Positions 44,451 to 57,374 of a stretch of 64,000 nt of DNA are shown piece by piece. Position 1 is the stretch's first letter; the number at the start of each line of letters is the position of its first letter. Origin of the DNA: the human T2T-CHM13v2.0 reference genome, Homo sapiens; NCBI RefSeq assembly GCF_009914755.1, contig NC_060941.1; one strand, written 5' to 3'. The position numbers and the translations under genes were made by a program. The notes beneath the pieces are model-generated. The model saw nothing but the letters and a program-made list of their open reading frames with translations, ran no database searches and was not told the origin of the DNA.

Positions 44451-44946
44451 CTTAACAGGGAGCCAGGAGTCAGGATTGAGGTAGCTCTCCTGCTCCAGGA
44501 CCTCTGGGGCCTCAGCCTCCTCCCCCAAGCCACGTAGGCAAGGAATAGAAAACGAAGCCTCATATTTGATCCCACCTCCAGGAAGACACTTTGACTTCTC
44601 GTGGGTATCACATGGCATCCCCATGGGTAGGAATGCCACCCTCATTATATACTACATTCGTGATAAACTTAGATCTATTTCTGGGCATTCTATTGTTTCA
44701 CTGACTACATAGTCTATTCTTGGGCAAACATCATACTGCTTTGATTATTGTAGCTTTATAATACGCTTTCTGTCTAGGAGGGCTAATGTCACCCTCATTA
44801 TGCTTCTTAGGCTTCCATTAGGGCACTGGCCCTCCTCCCCCAAGGAAAAAGACCCACAGGATTGGCACTCCCCACTCTAGGAAGGATGGTCGTAAGAATG
44901 TGTGAACCTGGCTCATGGCCCCACCCACAATCCCTGGCCCCAGCAC

Positions 44947-45193
44947 CTCAACAGACACAGCTTTGTCCACGCTTCTCTTGCCAGGAGTGTCCAGGCCTTT
45001 GGTGGGGTTGCCCCCCTTGGGGGTAAGAGAGGCTCCTTCAGCTGGCCCGCTCAGCTCATGCAGGTTCAGCGGGGGGCTGGGGGGTGGCATTTCGAAGTCC
45101 ACGCTCTTGTTGAAGTCAGTCTCTGCCGTCACCTTCTTGGGGGACTGACTCAGGAGATTGTTGGGGGGTGGCCACACACCCTCATCCACTTGC
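44947..45193 (-). CDS. SRCIN1: SRCIN1 exon QVDEGVWPPP...KAVSVE
   Basis: ccccag|G...GAG|gtgctg; 247 nt, phase 2/0. Confidence 0.94.
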
Positions 45194-45507
45194 CTGGGGT
45201 TGGGAGAGTTGGGAGCAGCTGTGAGGCCAGCAGGTGGTGACCCTTCTGCAGGAAGGCTGCTCTGAGGGAGGTGGGGTGGGAGGCAGGCTCTGGGATGCTG
45301 TGGGAGGGCCTGGGGAGGAGTGACTGCCCCTGGTATAAGAGGAAGCCAGGTCTACAGCATGCAGGGGTCACAGGGCAGAGCTGAGGTGCCAGTCCAGTCG
45401 GCACGCCAGTGACCTTTGGGGGAGTTGGGGTAAGGGTTCAGTATGACCTATGGGTCTGGGCCCGGTGTGTGAACCCATGGGAAATCAGAGGTCAGGGACA
45501 GAATGAC

Positions 45508-45655
45508 CTTCGGATCTGGGCCAGCGTGTCCGTGACCCCGCGGCAGCGCTTGAGGAGCCCATCCAGGCGCTGGGGCTCCTCCTTCAGGAACTTCACCGCC
45601 TCCACCTCCACGCGCAGCACCACCCGCATCTTGCTCTGCAGGCCCGGGAAGTGAG
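45508..45655 (-). CDS. SRCIN1: SRCIN1 exon HFPGLQSK...LAQIR(R)
   Basis: ctcctcag|CT...AG|gtcatt; 148 nt, phase 1/2. Confidence 0.93.
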
Positions 45656-45785
45656 CTGAGGAGACAGGAAGGCATGAGCTGGGGCCAGAGGGAGCACCAC
45701 AGACTGGGAGGAGAGGATGGTGGCTGGAGTATGGCAGACTTCCCCACCCTGAACAACGTGCTGCATTCGCAGGCCCCAGACCCAC

Positions 45786-45916
45786 CCTTGAGCTCTGTCA
45801 GCGTCTCCCCGAGCTGCTTCAGCACCAGTGCCTTCTCCTCCAGCTCAGGGCCGGGCACCAGCCGGTGGTTGTGGGACACGTCTCTCTGGATCTTCTCCAC
45901 CGATTTCTCCAGGTCA
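45786..45916 (-). CDS. SRCIN1: SRCIN1 exon DLEKSVEK...TLTELK(A)
   Basis: ctgcag|T...G|gtgggt; 131 nt, phase 2/1. Confidence 0.95.
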
Positions 45917-46995
45917 CTGCAGCCACAGAGAGACCCTTTCAGCCCTTTTGGCCTGAGATGCCAGCCCAGCCCCCTGAAATTGGGCAACTGGAAAGAAATC
46001 AGGCCACCAGTTGGATCGAAAGTAAAAGCAGGAGGCTGGGCACCGTGGCTCACGCCCGTAATCTCAGTACTTTGGGAGGCTGAGGCAGGCGGATCACTTG
46101 AGCCCAGGAGTTCAAGACCATCCTGGGCAACATAGGGAGACCTCATCACTACAAAAAAATAAAATAATTAGCTGGATGTAGTGGCAGGTGCCTGTAGTCC
46201 CAGCTACTCGGGAGGCTAAGGCAGGGGGAATCACTTGAGCCCAGGAGGTTGAGGCTGCAGTGAGCCGTGATTGTGCCACTGCACTCTAGCCTGAGTGACA
46301 GAGGGAGACCTTGTCTCAAAAGCATACAAACATAAAAGCCAGCCATCAGGCCACATACTCAAGTAAAATCTGCAACGCCAAATCTCAGAGATGAGGAGAC
46401 TTCAGAAGCGCTCCCTAAGAGGTGCCCTGCACCATCTGCCCCCTTGGAAGCTCTGACCCTCAGCAATATCTGCCCGAGTATCTCTCATTGTAACTTGCAT
46501 CCCCTGATTCTATTCTGCCAAGGAAGCAGAGAGAACTTAGTTGCCTTTCAAAGAACCAGAGGCAGAGCACGTGCCCCCGGGGAGGTCTCTTGTCTCGGGG
46601 GAAACTGCCATGTCCATTGCCCTTCTCTCACATGATCCAGCCACACAGCCTCTTTCCTGAGGGCCAAAGCTGAGTTAGATTTTCAGCTACTATATGCTGA
46701 ACTTGTGTCATTTGAGACCCTACATTCTTCTAAATTGTAAATCAGATCAGGTCTTCACTTGTGCCATTGAACGCTAAATGGATCCCATCATCCTGAGGCC
46801 TAACATCCAAACTTTTCAATGCAGCCAAGAAGGGCAGGAAGGTGGTAGTTGAAAACTTGGTTCTAGAGTCAGACTGATCCAAGCTCCAATCCTCACTCTG
46901 CCCTTGCCAGAGGAGAGATCTTGGGCAAGTTACCTAATATCTCTGGACTTCAACCTCCTCGTCCAAAAAATAGGGATGGTAAGAGCTCCCCGCTA

Positions 46996-47408
<413 letters not shown>

Positions 47409-47799
47409 TCATCTGGCTTCTGCTTAGAGCCCTTCAGACCTGCTCTGAGGTGCTACATGTGCTGTCCTCTCTGGCTCTTTATAATGCTGTTTTCTCTGCC
47501 TAGAATATTCCATTCACCCATACACATACAGGCACACACACGTGCTAACTCCCACTGATCCTCAGGTCTCAGTGGGAAGCTGTCCTCCAGCCCCTCCCCT
47601 TGCGGCTGTTGGGTCTGCTTCCTGCCCTCCAAACCGCTGAAGCTCCTGTTGGCTGGGTTGTGCAGCCTTCTGGACTACTAACCCCAGGCAGGCAAAGACC
47701 ATGTCTTCCAGATTCATCTCCGGTTTCTAGCACCTGGCATGGTGCCTGGTGCAGAGTAGATGTCTGGGAAATAATTGTGGAATGAATGAACAAGGGAGA

Positions 47800-48050
47800 G
47801 AAGGAACTGCTGCCCAGGTAAGTCATCTCAGTTCTGTACTTGAGTCGCTGACATCCCTGACTCACATGCGGGACTTTATATATATTCCTGTCAAATCCCA
47901 TTGTTGGATTTCAGCTCAATCCAGGGGCAAACAACTTTTGAATTTCAGTTCTACCATCCAACAGATTTGCTCCCCCTTAAAGCTCTGTGTCATCAGCAAA
48001 TCTTATCAGCACGCCTTACACATCTTCATCCAACTAGCAGGTGAAAAGAC
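47800..48050 (-). mobile_element. L3/CR1 LINE reverse-transcriptase remnant
   Basis: The minus strand encodes FADDTEL*GGANLLDGRTEIQK and MGFDRNIYKVPHV, matching the CR1 pattern FADDTKLGG...MKFNxxKCKVLHL. Confidence 0.7.
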
Positions 48051-48254
48051 AGACTGGGTTGAAGTCAAGGGCAAAAGCTTGTGACTCAGCAACACTACCA
48101 GTTAAAGAGCTATCCTGTATTACGCACTTACTGTATGCCAGGTGCCACACTCAGGCCTTGGCTTTCATTACTTTAATTAACCCTCAAAACAAATCCTGGA
48201 GGTGGGAACAGTTATTATCTCCAGCTTATACACAGACAAACAGTGGCTCAGAGC

Positions 48255-48620
48255 CTAGACTACACATCCCAGCCTCCCTTGCAATGATAAGTGGCCATTT
48301 AACTGAAGTCTACCCAATGGAAGATGAGTGGAAGGGATACATGCTGCTTCCAGACCTGGCTCACAAAAACCTCCCATGTAAGGTCCTCCATGCTCCTTTC
48401 TCCTTTTCCATTGGTTGGAAACTCTCTGGGTGATCTTGGAAAACACATGTTGAAGACGGCAGAACCTCCATCAGCCTGGGTCCCTGAATGACTGCATGGA
48501 GAAGAGCCACCCGCCTAACCCACCCAATACTGTTCCATGAGAAAGATATGTTTATTACTTTTGAATTATTAAACAATTTGGGAGCTTATTTGTTATAGGA
48601 AGCTACCCTAATTAATTAGC
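48255..48620 (+). mobile_element. Old ERVL/MaLR LTR (MLT1J-like)
   Basis: Motifs catcccagcctcccttgca...ggccat and gaagacggcagaacctccatcagcctgggtccctgaatgactgcatggag. Confidence 0.65.
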
Positions 48621-49216
48621 TATCCTAAGACTCTGGCATTTTAAAAAAAGGAAAAAAAGATATTCAGATATTCAAAGAGATTAACTAGTTAGTTCAAGGT
48701 CATACAGCTATTTTGCAGCAAAGCGGGATCTACTCACATCTGACATCAGCCATTGGTTCTGCTGCATCTCATTTTCACACTAGACCAACATCAGCCACGC
48801 TGCCCCCAATCCATACACTGTCCTAGCCCAGCCCTCGCTCTACCACATGGGAAAGAACAATTCCCCTGCTCATATGTGTAACACCTGACTGGTCCAGGCT
48901 GTGCCAGTTTTATAAAATGGTCACTCCCAAACATCACTCAGAGGGGGAAGAGACTCTCATGTAAAGGACTCAAATAAGCTTCCAGGAGATGACAACACTG
49001 CAATTCTTAGGCAGGAGAGACTAGGCCTCCCTAAGCTCAATCGGCAACTTGATGTTCTGATCACCCAATCTGCCAAAGTTGGGGGGCCTCTAACCTGGGC
49101 AAGCTCTGCAAATGAGTCCCAGGCCAGCTAGTCTAGACACTGGATTAAAATGTGGCTAGGCTTTCCAAGCCCAGGTTTAGTCCTGGAGGGGTCAAGAGGG
49201 GAGAGTCAAAATGGAA

Positions 49217-49390
49217 CCAGCTAAATAATTTATGGGGCCCAATGCAAAATGAAAATGTTACCTCTAGTTTAAAAATTATTAAGAATTTCAAGATGGCAAC
49301 AGCAGAGCATTACACCAAGCATGGGGCCCTTCCAAGCATGGGGCTCCGCGTGACCGCACACGTGGCATACCTACAAAGCTGGACCTGGGT
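49217..49390 (-). mobile_element. MER45-like hAT DNA transposon remnant
   Basis: aaaattattaagaatttcaagatggcaacagcagagcatta...ggggcccttc, recalled as typical of MER45. Confidence 0.65.
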
Positions 49391-51287
49391 TAGGCAAAGG
49401 TAGATTCCAGGACCTAAAAGGTCTCAGTCAGCAGAGGCTGCACCTAAAGGCAGTGCCCAGACAGACCTTAAGTGCTGGGCTAGATGGGCAGGTGAGTGAG
49501 TCAAGTTGAATGAAACAGAACCAGTTTTAACTTCCAGCAAGTTGCCAGGAAAGAGGAAGTGGTATAGCAAATTGGAGCAAGAGTAAGCGTAAGCTCCTGG
49601 AGTAACCACGAGCTACAGCCAGAGTGTGGGGCAGGGGGGCTGCAGGGTTAAAGCCTGGGAAGGCTATGGGAGCTGGGCAGGGAGGGCCTTCATGGCCAGG
49701 TTGGAGCCCAGTATCTGCCCAACCCAGAAGAAGCAGGAGTCCCCTTTCAGGAGGATGGAGAATCCTGCCAGAAACAGTAATGCAGGTCCCAAGCTCTCTG
49801 AGTAATGGGTTTGATAATGGGGCAGGGGTTGGGGAGTCTGTGTTCCTGGAGAACCAAGGCCTTCAGGGAGCCAAGGACCAAACACTTATAATGACGGTAG
49901 CATAAATCTCTCCTTTCGTATCTTCTGGCTCTGTGCTTTTAGATCTCCTTTAATTTTCCTTTAATGTCTCGGTAAAGTTGCTTTTGAAAATTCCAACCCC
50001 CCTCCTCTGGGCTGAATGAAAAGGGACAAGGAAAGGATAGAAAATCTGGAGAAATGGAATTCCCTGGGTGAGGAGAGATGACACCTGCCAGTCTGCTTGG
50101 AGATCTGGCTGGAGTCCTCACTAAGTTATCACACCTAGAGTGATGGGGTGGCCCCTTACCCTATTTCAGCCACATGGTGTCATGGGAATTGTTGCCTTGG
50201 GCCTTGCTAAAATGCACATGTACCACCAGGCTATGTGGGCCTCAGGCTGAGGAGCAGCAACCCATCTCAAGGAGCCCGTCGCAAGAGGCTCATTTATGAC
50301 TTAGTGAGGAAGCTGGGCTCCAAGGAGCAGCCTCTCCTGGCTCCCGGAGTCACTGGCCAGTACAACTCAACCCCTTGTTGAAAAGAGAGGTGAAAAACTT
50401 AATGCTGGGTACAGATGAGGACACTGGGGCACAGAGAGGGGCAGGAACTGCCCTGATCACTCAGCCTCTCAGTGCTGGCACTGGACTCCAGGTCCCCTAG
50501 TGCCCTGTGTCACCAAGAGAGGGCCCAAAGGAAGGAGCAGGGCCTCTGTCTCAGATCCTTATCACTGGCGAGGGAAAGCAGGGTGGGTGCTCACTCCCTG
50601 AATGGACACTGAAAGGCAGCGTCTCCCTTCAAAGGTGCCAGACAATGGAATGGTTGGCCAGACAGCCATTTGCTAAATTTGGATCAGAAGACTGTCTTCT
50701 GTTAACCCCTCCATGCCTAAGCATGCGGAGGCACAGTGTTCGCGATTCCTCCTTCCTTCTGAAAACACTACAGCCCTGTTCCAGCTGCACTAGGAAGGAA
50801 GGTGGGTTTTCCTTGGCTATATCTGGACTCAGAGATCAGGGAATCGGATCTCCAATGATGGCTGGTCAGCGCCAGGCTGGAGCAGTGACGGCACCTGAAC
50901 GCTGCACCTGAACTCACTACCCAAGGGTCACTTTGCACGGGTCACAGGCCAAAATGAAAGTAGGCAGAGGGCAGAGGGAAATCAGGCAGCTGGCCACATG
51001 ACAGTGAAGCTGCAGGCCACAGGAAGCCTGAGTGTGGATCATTATGAAGCAAGACCATAGCAAAAGCAGGCATCAAGCCAGAAAAAAGAAATCAGGAATA
51101 ATGCCAGCCGGTCAAAAGTTTGTGGGTCACAGTGAAATCAGGCCAGAGGAGAATGAAATCAGGCTTCAGAACAGACCAACGCCACCTGTGACTCAGAGGG
51201 AAGGGAGCTGCGCCTCCCAGGGAAACCAGGTTGCGGGTCACTCCAGCCGCACCCCCACCCCTCCCTCCGCCGCGGGCCCAGCCTCAC

Positions 51288-51463
51288 TTGAGCTGCTGGG
51301 TAATAAGCTCCTCGTCGTTGAGATAGCGCAGCCGTTCCTCTTCCACCAGGGTGCGCTGCCGCTGCAGCGGGTCCTCCTGCCGCCGCGCCGCCTCCGACAC
51401 GCGCATGCTCAGCTCTGCCTCCGTGCGCTTCAGCAGCGCGCGCACCGACTCCTGGTTCTGTAG
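51288..51463 (-). CDS. SRCIN1: SRCIN1 exon LQNQESV...ITQQL(N), coiled coil
   Basis: ccgcag|CTA...AA|gtgagg; 176 nt, phase 0/2. Confidence 0.95.
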
Positions 51464-51620
51464 CTGCGGGACGCACGGACGGATGGACCCGGGTGGGGGG
51501 AGCGGAGCCGCGAGGCAGGGGAAGGGCCGGGAGAAGGCGGGTAGAGGACTGCCCAATCCAGGGCGGGGCTCTGCAGAAGAAGCGGCTGCTTGGCTCCGCC
51601 TCAGGCAGCAGCGAAGGGGT

Positions 51621-51662
51621 GGGATGGCGAAGGGCAGGGGCGGGATGGCGAAGGGCAGGGGC
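51621..51662. repeat. 21-bp perfect tandem duplication
   Basis: gggatggcgaagggcaggggc x2. Confidence 0.9.
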
Positions 51663-52645
51663 AGAGGGCTAAGTTCTGGGGAAGAACAGAGGCAGGAGGA
51701 GAACGGATGGGGATCGTGGAGAGGGGAGCGTTAAAATGGGCCATGCAAAGGGGGAGCTGCATGGCTGTGGCCGCGAGCAGGGGTGGTATTGCAGGGGGAG
51801 GAGGGCAAGGTTAAGTTCTGGGGAATATGAGGCAGGAGAAGGGGTTGGGAATATTTGCGGGACAGGGTGTAGCCCTATGTAGGTCCCTGCCGACAGTGCG
51901 GCCGCATGGCTATGGCTTCCATCATCCCGGAATGGGGACGGGACTGGAATGAAGGACTCAAGCGCTGGCATTTGATAGAGCTTCTATGGCTGGGACAGGA
52001 AGACTAAGTTGATGATCGATCCAACCCTGTTCCAAGCCTGAATGGCGGGGGTGGGCAAGATCTTACCCGTTGCCCAGATGGCAATTCTCTGCCCCCTCCC
52101 CAGCCTGTCTCTGCTAATTATCCTCACCTGACGGCCCCTGGGCCTGCTTGAGGAGCGGACTCGGCGATGCCAAGCTCCTGACAGGTGGGACCATCTGCCA
52201 AGCAGGGCCGGGGAGACTGTTGGGGCTCAGGAGGGAGGAGCTGAGAGGACTTGGGGGAAGGGCTCTCGCTGACTCAGGGAAAGGGATGCAGGGCAGGAAG
52301 GAACTGGAACTGCCCCGAGGGATACTGACGACGGAGGGGCTCAGTGGGTGACTGGGGCTCCAGGAGGGCGATGGGGACTCAGGGAAGGAGAAGGAGGGCT
52401 CAATGAGGGGGTCACGGGCGAGGGATAAGGCCTTGGTGAGGAAGTGGAGGTTCAGCGAGGGAGCGGAAGCTCAAGAAAGGGGAAGGGGAGAAAGGGTTCG
52501 GAGAGAGGCCAGTGAGCGGCGAAGGACTCGGGCGTGGAAGCTCTGGGAAAAGGATGAGGTAGTAGGGGATGGGGCGGGACTTGCGGCAAGGGACTTCTAC
52601 CAGTAGGTGGGCGTTGGTGGGGCGGGGCCCAGGACGGGGCGGTAC

Positions 52646-52833
52646 CTGGAGCTTGCGCAACTGCTGGAGCTGGCCGCGCAAGTCACTGGCGCTGTTCTGC
52701 AGGCCTCGCAGGTGAAGCTGCATCTGCAGCCGGCTAACGGCGGTAGGCTGACCTGCGGGGGTGCTGCTGGCCGAGGGCGGGGGCGGGCCGGACACCGGGG
52801 TGGCCCCGCTGCTCCGGCCGCCTGACCCACAGG
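52646..52833 (-). CDS. SRCIN1: SRCIN1 exon CGSGGRSS...QLRKLQ
   Basis: ctgcag|CC...CAG|gtaccg; 188 nt, phase 1/0. Confidence 0.95.
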
Positions 52834-53114
52834 CTGCAGAGGACCACGAGGATGGGAGAAAGTGAACAAACTGTGAGCCTGGGAAGGACTGGGCTGGGAC
52901 AAAGTCCTCCCTACTCTCCGACCCCACACAGTAGCCAGAGAAGCCCGTGGCTCTACCTGCCCCAAGTGGTCAGCCCTAACGGTGGGGACCAAAGTGCCAG
53001 GAAAAAGACCTCTTGGGCTAAGGCCAGTGATGTAGCTATTGCTTAATCCCCACTTTATAGATTAGAAAACAGGCTCGGAGAGAACAAGGATGGGGGAGGG
53101 GGAGGTTCACTCAC

Positions 53115-53158
53115 GTGCTGAGGGGGTGGCTGCTCCATTGGAGCCTTCAATCTTCTCG
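53115..53158 (-). CDS. SRCIN1: SRCIN1 small exon EKIEGSNGAATPSA(P)
   Basis: gccacag|C GAG AAG...GCA C|gtgagt; 44 nt, phase 2/1. Needed to keep the frame between its neighbours. Confidence 0.92.
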
Positions 53159-53393
53159 CTGTGGCACAGGGAAAAAAGCCATCAGGGGGTCCAGGCCAGC
53201 CCCAGACCTTCAGAGCTGGGTGGAACCTTGGATGTCATCTCCTCCAGCTCTCCGATCTCAGGATGGAGTCCCAGAGAAGGGAAGGGATTCACCCAGGGTC
53301 ACCCAGTGAGACACTGGCAGAGCCGATGCCCATTTCCCCTTCCTCCTGCTCCACCCCTAGGCCCTGGCAGTGGTGTTGGGAGAGGGGCCTCAC

Positions 53394-53486
53394 CTGGGGG
53401 TCTCAGGCTCAGAGCCTCGCAGTAAGGCGCTCTGCACCAGGCCTGTGAGGCTGGCAATCTGCTTCTCCATGGCCTCCATGCGCTCC
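53394..53486 (-). CDS. SRCIN1: SRCIN1 exon ERMEAMEKQIASLTGLVQSALLRGSEPETP(S)
   Basis: ccccag|G...AG|gtgagg; 93 nt, phase 2/2. Confidence 0.95.
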
Positions 53487-54519
53487 CTGGGGAGGAAGGG
53501 GGTCTGGGCAACCTCGCCTCTGAGCATAGGGTCTCTCCTGCCCAGCCCCCCATTCCTAAGATTGGTAACCAGAAGAAACACCGTCCCATCCCTGGCTGCC
53601 AAAACACAGACAACGCAAAGGGCCCCAATGCCTAAGGATCAAGCCCACAGCCTCCCATCTCACCTTTCATTCCCTCCCTAAAGGCTGCACGCTGATCTCT
53701 CCATGCCTGGCAATGCTTTCCCCTGCCTGCTCTGCCTTTCTCCTGACCCCTCCCCCAAACCATTCCACAGACCCCAGGGGCCCCGAGGAACGCCTCCTTC
53801 CATACCACCCAAGGGAAGTGGAGGTATGCTGAGTGTCTCCCCACTAGACCAGGACAGGAACTGGGTTTGCTCAGCTTGGCATTGACAGTACCCTGTGCAG
53901 CGCCTGCCACACAGGCCACGTAAGAGCTGTGTGAAGGCCAATGGCTTCTCTTCACTGCTCAGCAGCGCTGCCTGAGGGTGCAGATTACCTACTGCCCTGG
54001 TTACCTCCTCCAGCCCTGCACCCTTAGGAGGGGACTGAGCGATGGGCAGGGGCTCCTCAGCCTGGAGGCTAGGTACCCGAATGTGCTCCTTTCCTCGTCA
54101 CCATTTTTCAACAGCACCCTCCTCCCCAGTGGACTTCAGCTGTCCCGGTGCTGGACAGCTCTCACTGCTGCAAACTCTTAAGCTGGAAAGCCACTAAAAG
54201 TGGTTCAGCCCCTCAATTTTACAGTTGGGGAAACCGAGGCTTAGAAAATGGATGCAAACCCAAGTCTCCAGAGTCCTCGTCTGGGGACCTCTCAACCACC
54301 CCCTCCAGTCTTGCGGATGGGAGGAAAATGGCAAGCTGGTCTCTCCAATGCCCTCTCTGCCACATCCAAGATGCTCTCTGGCGACCCTTCAAGACTACTC
54401 AAGGTCTCCAAAGGACTCCAGGATCTCAGTCCAGGACACACACCTGCCACGGACTCTGCTGTGAACCCTCTCCGCAGCGCACCCCCCACCCCCAGTCCCT
54501 GAGGCCTGGTTAACGTCCC

Positions 54520-55440
54520 TCACCTGGTCTCCGTGTCCTTGGCTGGCACTGGCGGCCCGAACCCAACCAGCGAGCGTTCCCCAGGCCCAGGGAAGAGCTC
54601 CGAAGGGGGAGCTCCGGCCGTCGAGGCGCTCCCCGCGCTGCGGGTCTTCCCTCCAGGACTCTCGGCAAAGACGGACGAGGAGCCCGAGTCCTTGCGGAAG
54701 GACTGGCGCACTGGCGAGCCGCGGCTGGGCGGCCCCGAGTAGGGGCTGTGCGGTGGCGGGGGACCTCCGGGGGGTGCTGCCACGTCGGCCAGCTTCTGCG
54801 GTGACGAAGGCGGCAGGCGGAAGCCGTAGCCGTCGCCGTACAGCGGGCCGCCGCCGCCCGCCGCCTTGTACAGGGAGTCCTCCAGATCGGACTGCAGCGC
54901 GGCGGCCGAGTAGGTGCTGAGCGAGCGCACCGAGCCGCGCTTGTAGAGGCCGCCGGCGCCCGGGTAGGCGAACGGGTCGCCGGCGGCCGCGGCCAGGCTC
55001 AGACGGCCCTCGTGCAGCAGCCCGTAGGGGTCAGCATAGAGGCCCTCGCCTTTCACCAGCACCATGCCGCCCGCCTTGCTCGCCAGGTCCTCGTCCGGCT
55101 TCACGTCGCGCCGCTCCAGGATGGCGCTGGGGCTGGGGCTGACGCCCTGGGCGGCCGGGGCGCCTCCCAGCCTCTCGGCCGCGTGGTGCACCGGGCTGCC
55201 GGCGTACGAAGGCGGGCGCCCCCCGGCGTACGATAGGCGCGAACGCGACGGCGAACCGGACTGCAGCCCGGACGGCAGCCCCGACGGCAGCCCGGGCGGC
55301 GGCGAGCCGGATGCCAGGTGCGGCGCTGGTGACAGGTTGTTGAGGCGCCGCGTGGGCGAGGACTCCCGCGATGCGTACACCATCTCTCTCTGCGCAGAAG
55401 ACAGCCCGGAACCCCACGGGGCTGGTCACCAAGGACACCC
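54520..55440. promoter_or_regulatory. Intragenic CpG island (smaller CpG patches at 51220-51560, 52600-52830, 56340-56765, 57170-57390)
   Basis: Dense CpG and very high GC content. Confidence 0.8.
54524..55389 (-). CDS. SRCIN1: SRCIN1 large exon REMVYASRES...AKDTET(R) (EGLYA motif), inside a CpG island
   Basis: tgcgcag|AGA...AG|gtgagg; 866 nt, phase 0/2; matches ORF 54520..55383. Confidence 0.96.
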
Positions 55441-55887
55441 CTGTCCCTTGCTTGAGGAGCCAGCATCTCCTCCCTGACGCTTAGGAAGTCCCTTCTGCTC
55501 TCTGCCCTCCCTCCATCCTGCTGCGTCTAGGGTCCCTTTCCCATCAGGGTTCCTAGCATGGAGGAAAAGGTGGCCGATGAAGAGGCACCAGAGGGGTAAC
55601 CCTCAGCTCAGCTACCGTGAGGGGTGGGAAGTAGAAGGGGAAGGGGTGGCTCCGGCTCCTGAGAGAGGGCTTAGAATATCTGGAGGCAAGTTAGCAAAAT
55701 CCCGAGTGGACAGGCCCGGAATGGAGGGGAAAGTGGCAGGTGGGACAGGGGCTCTTCCCTAACCCCTCAGCCCCTATGCTGTCTTCTCCAAAGCTGGCCC
55801 TGGTTCCAGATGACAACTGCCCAGACCCTGCTCCCCTGGACCCCATGTGCCCAGCCTCCCCAATGCCCTGGGCATGCCCAGCCATAC

Positions 55888-55981
55888 CCGGAGGTCCCCG
55901 TTGGTGAGATGTGAGCCAGGGAAGGCAGCGTAGAGGGGCTCCTTTCTGTAGATCTTGATAATACTGCGGTCCTGGATGTCC
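55888..55981 (-). CDS. SRCIN1: SRCIN1 exon DIQDRSIIKIYRKEPLYAAFPGSHLTNGDLR (EPLYA tyrosine motif)
   Basis: ctctcccag|G...CGG|gtatgg; 94 nt, phase 2/0. Confidence 0.95.
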
Positions 55982-56383
55982 CTGGGAGAGGCGGGGAGAC
56001 GGGGGTCACCACCCATCCCCCAGCTGTGCACAATGAGAAGGGATGGCTACTCCAGGCCTAGAGAAGAGGGGTGGCCAGAGGCACCGGGAGCCCCATCTCA
56101 GGCTGCCTGCACACACGCCCAGCAGCCTCCACCCCGGCCTCTTCCTGGCCTCCGGCGCCATTTTCAGGTTAGCTCAAAGCAAAGGGAACCAGCAGGGGTG
56201 GACGATTTAGGGGGTGGGGGCTGAGATGGCCGAGGAAGGGGGCGGGGCGGTAGGGCTCTGGGAGGGGAGGGGAAAGGCTGAGGTCGGGTCAGGAAGGAGC
56301 TGGGGAAGGGCCGGCGGGGTCCAGCACCCTGCAGAGGAGGAGCGTGGGGAAGCCCACCCAAATCCCCCCCGGTCCACGCCCAC

Positions 56384-56582
56384 CGGACGTCCTCCAGCTC
56401 GTAGAAGACGTTGCGAGCCTCGTCTTTGATGAGGATGGCGGTATTGGGCGACTTAAGCATGCCCATGGTGAGCTTCTGCGGGAACATGTGCGCGATGAGT
56501 GCGTGCAGCGTGTCCAGGCTGCTGACCTCGTGCGTGATGTGCACGCGCCGAGTCTCCTCCCCGAACTGCAGGAACAGCACCC
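56384..56582 (-). CDS. SRCIN1: SRCIN1 exon GVLFLQFGEET...ELEDV(R), AIP3-like region
   Basis: ttcgcag|GG...CG|gtgggc; 199 nt, phase 1/2. Confidence 0.95.
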
Positions 56583-57178
56583 CTGCGAAGGAGACGCCGC
56601 CCTCGCTGTCACTGCTGCCGTCTCCACGCCGCCCTCCAGGAGAGCGCGGGGAGCTTTTCGGAGCTGCGCCAGCCCCGCAGCGGCAGGGTCTGAGGCTAGA
56701 CGCCGCCCCCGAGTGCAGATGCACCCAGGCACCTCTCATGCTGCCGGCGGGGGCGCCAGGCCGGCTCTCCAGCCTCTCAAGGCACCCACTGGACTCCAGG
56801 CAGTTGAAGGAACTTGGACAAGGAAATGGAAGTGGGGGCAGAGCAGGTGGGGCGGAAACTGAGGGGAAGTGAGCTGAGGGAGAGAGAGGTTGGAGAGAGT
56901 TAGAGAAGGGAGATGGGAGAGAAGGGAGGGATGAAAGAAAGGGACAGAAAAGGAAGCAAGAGGGAGAGAGGAGGCTTGGAGGGAAAGGGGTCGGGTGGGG
57001 ATGCTGAGGGCGAGAGAGAGATGGAGAGAGCTGGGGTTGCTTGGGGAGAAGGGGCTGTGGGAAAGAGAGCAGAGCTTGAGGCGAGCTGGCGTGCTGTAGG
57101 GGAGGAGGGGGCTCCAGGGAGTGAAGAGCAGAGGGAGGAGCCTGTGTGGGGAGGGAGGGTGGACTGGGCGGGCAGTAC

Positions 57179-57374
57179 CTGGGGAGCGCAGCTTGGTCTG
57201 GCTGGCCGAGCGGGAGAGAGGCAGGCTCTGTCGGAAGCGGTTCATCCTGCTGAAGCCCAGGGGCAGCTCGGCCTCCGACATGGTCTCCAGCGACTCGGCG
57301 GAGGCGTAGGACAGCTTTGCCGCCTGGTCTGCCAGCCCGGGCTGGGCTCCCTGAGTGTGGCGTGAGCTGCGGGT
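57179..57374 (-). CDS. SRCIN1: SRCIN1 exon TRSSRHTQ...QTKLRSP(G)
   Basis: ctgcag|ACC...CCAG|gtactg; 196 nt, phase 0/1. Confidence 0.95.
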
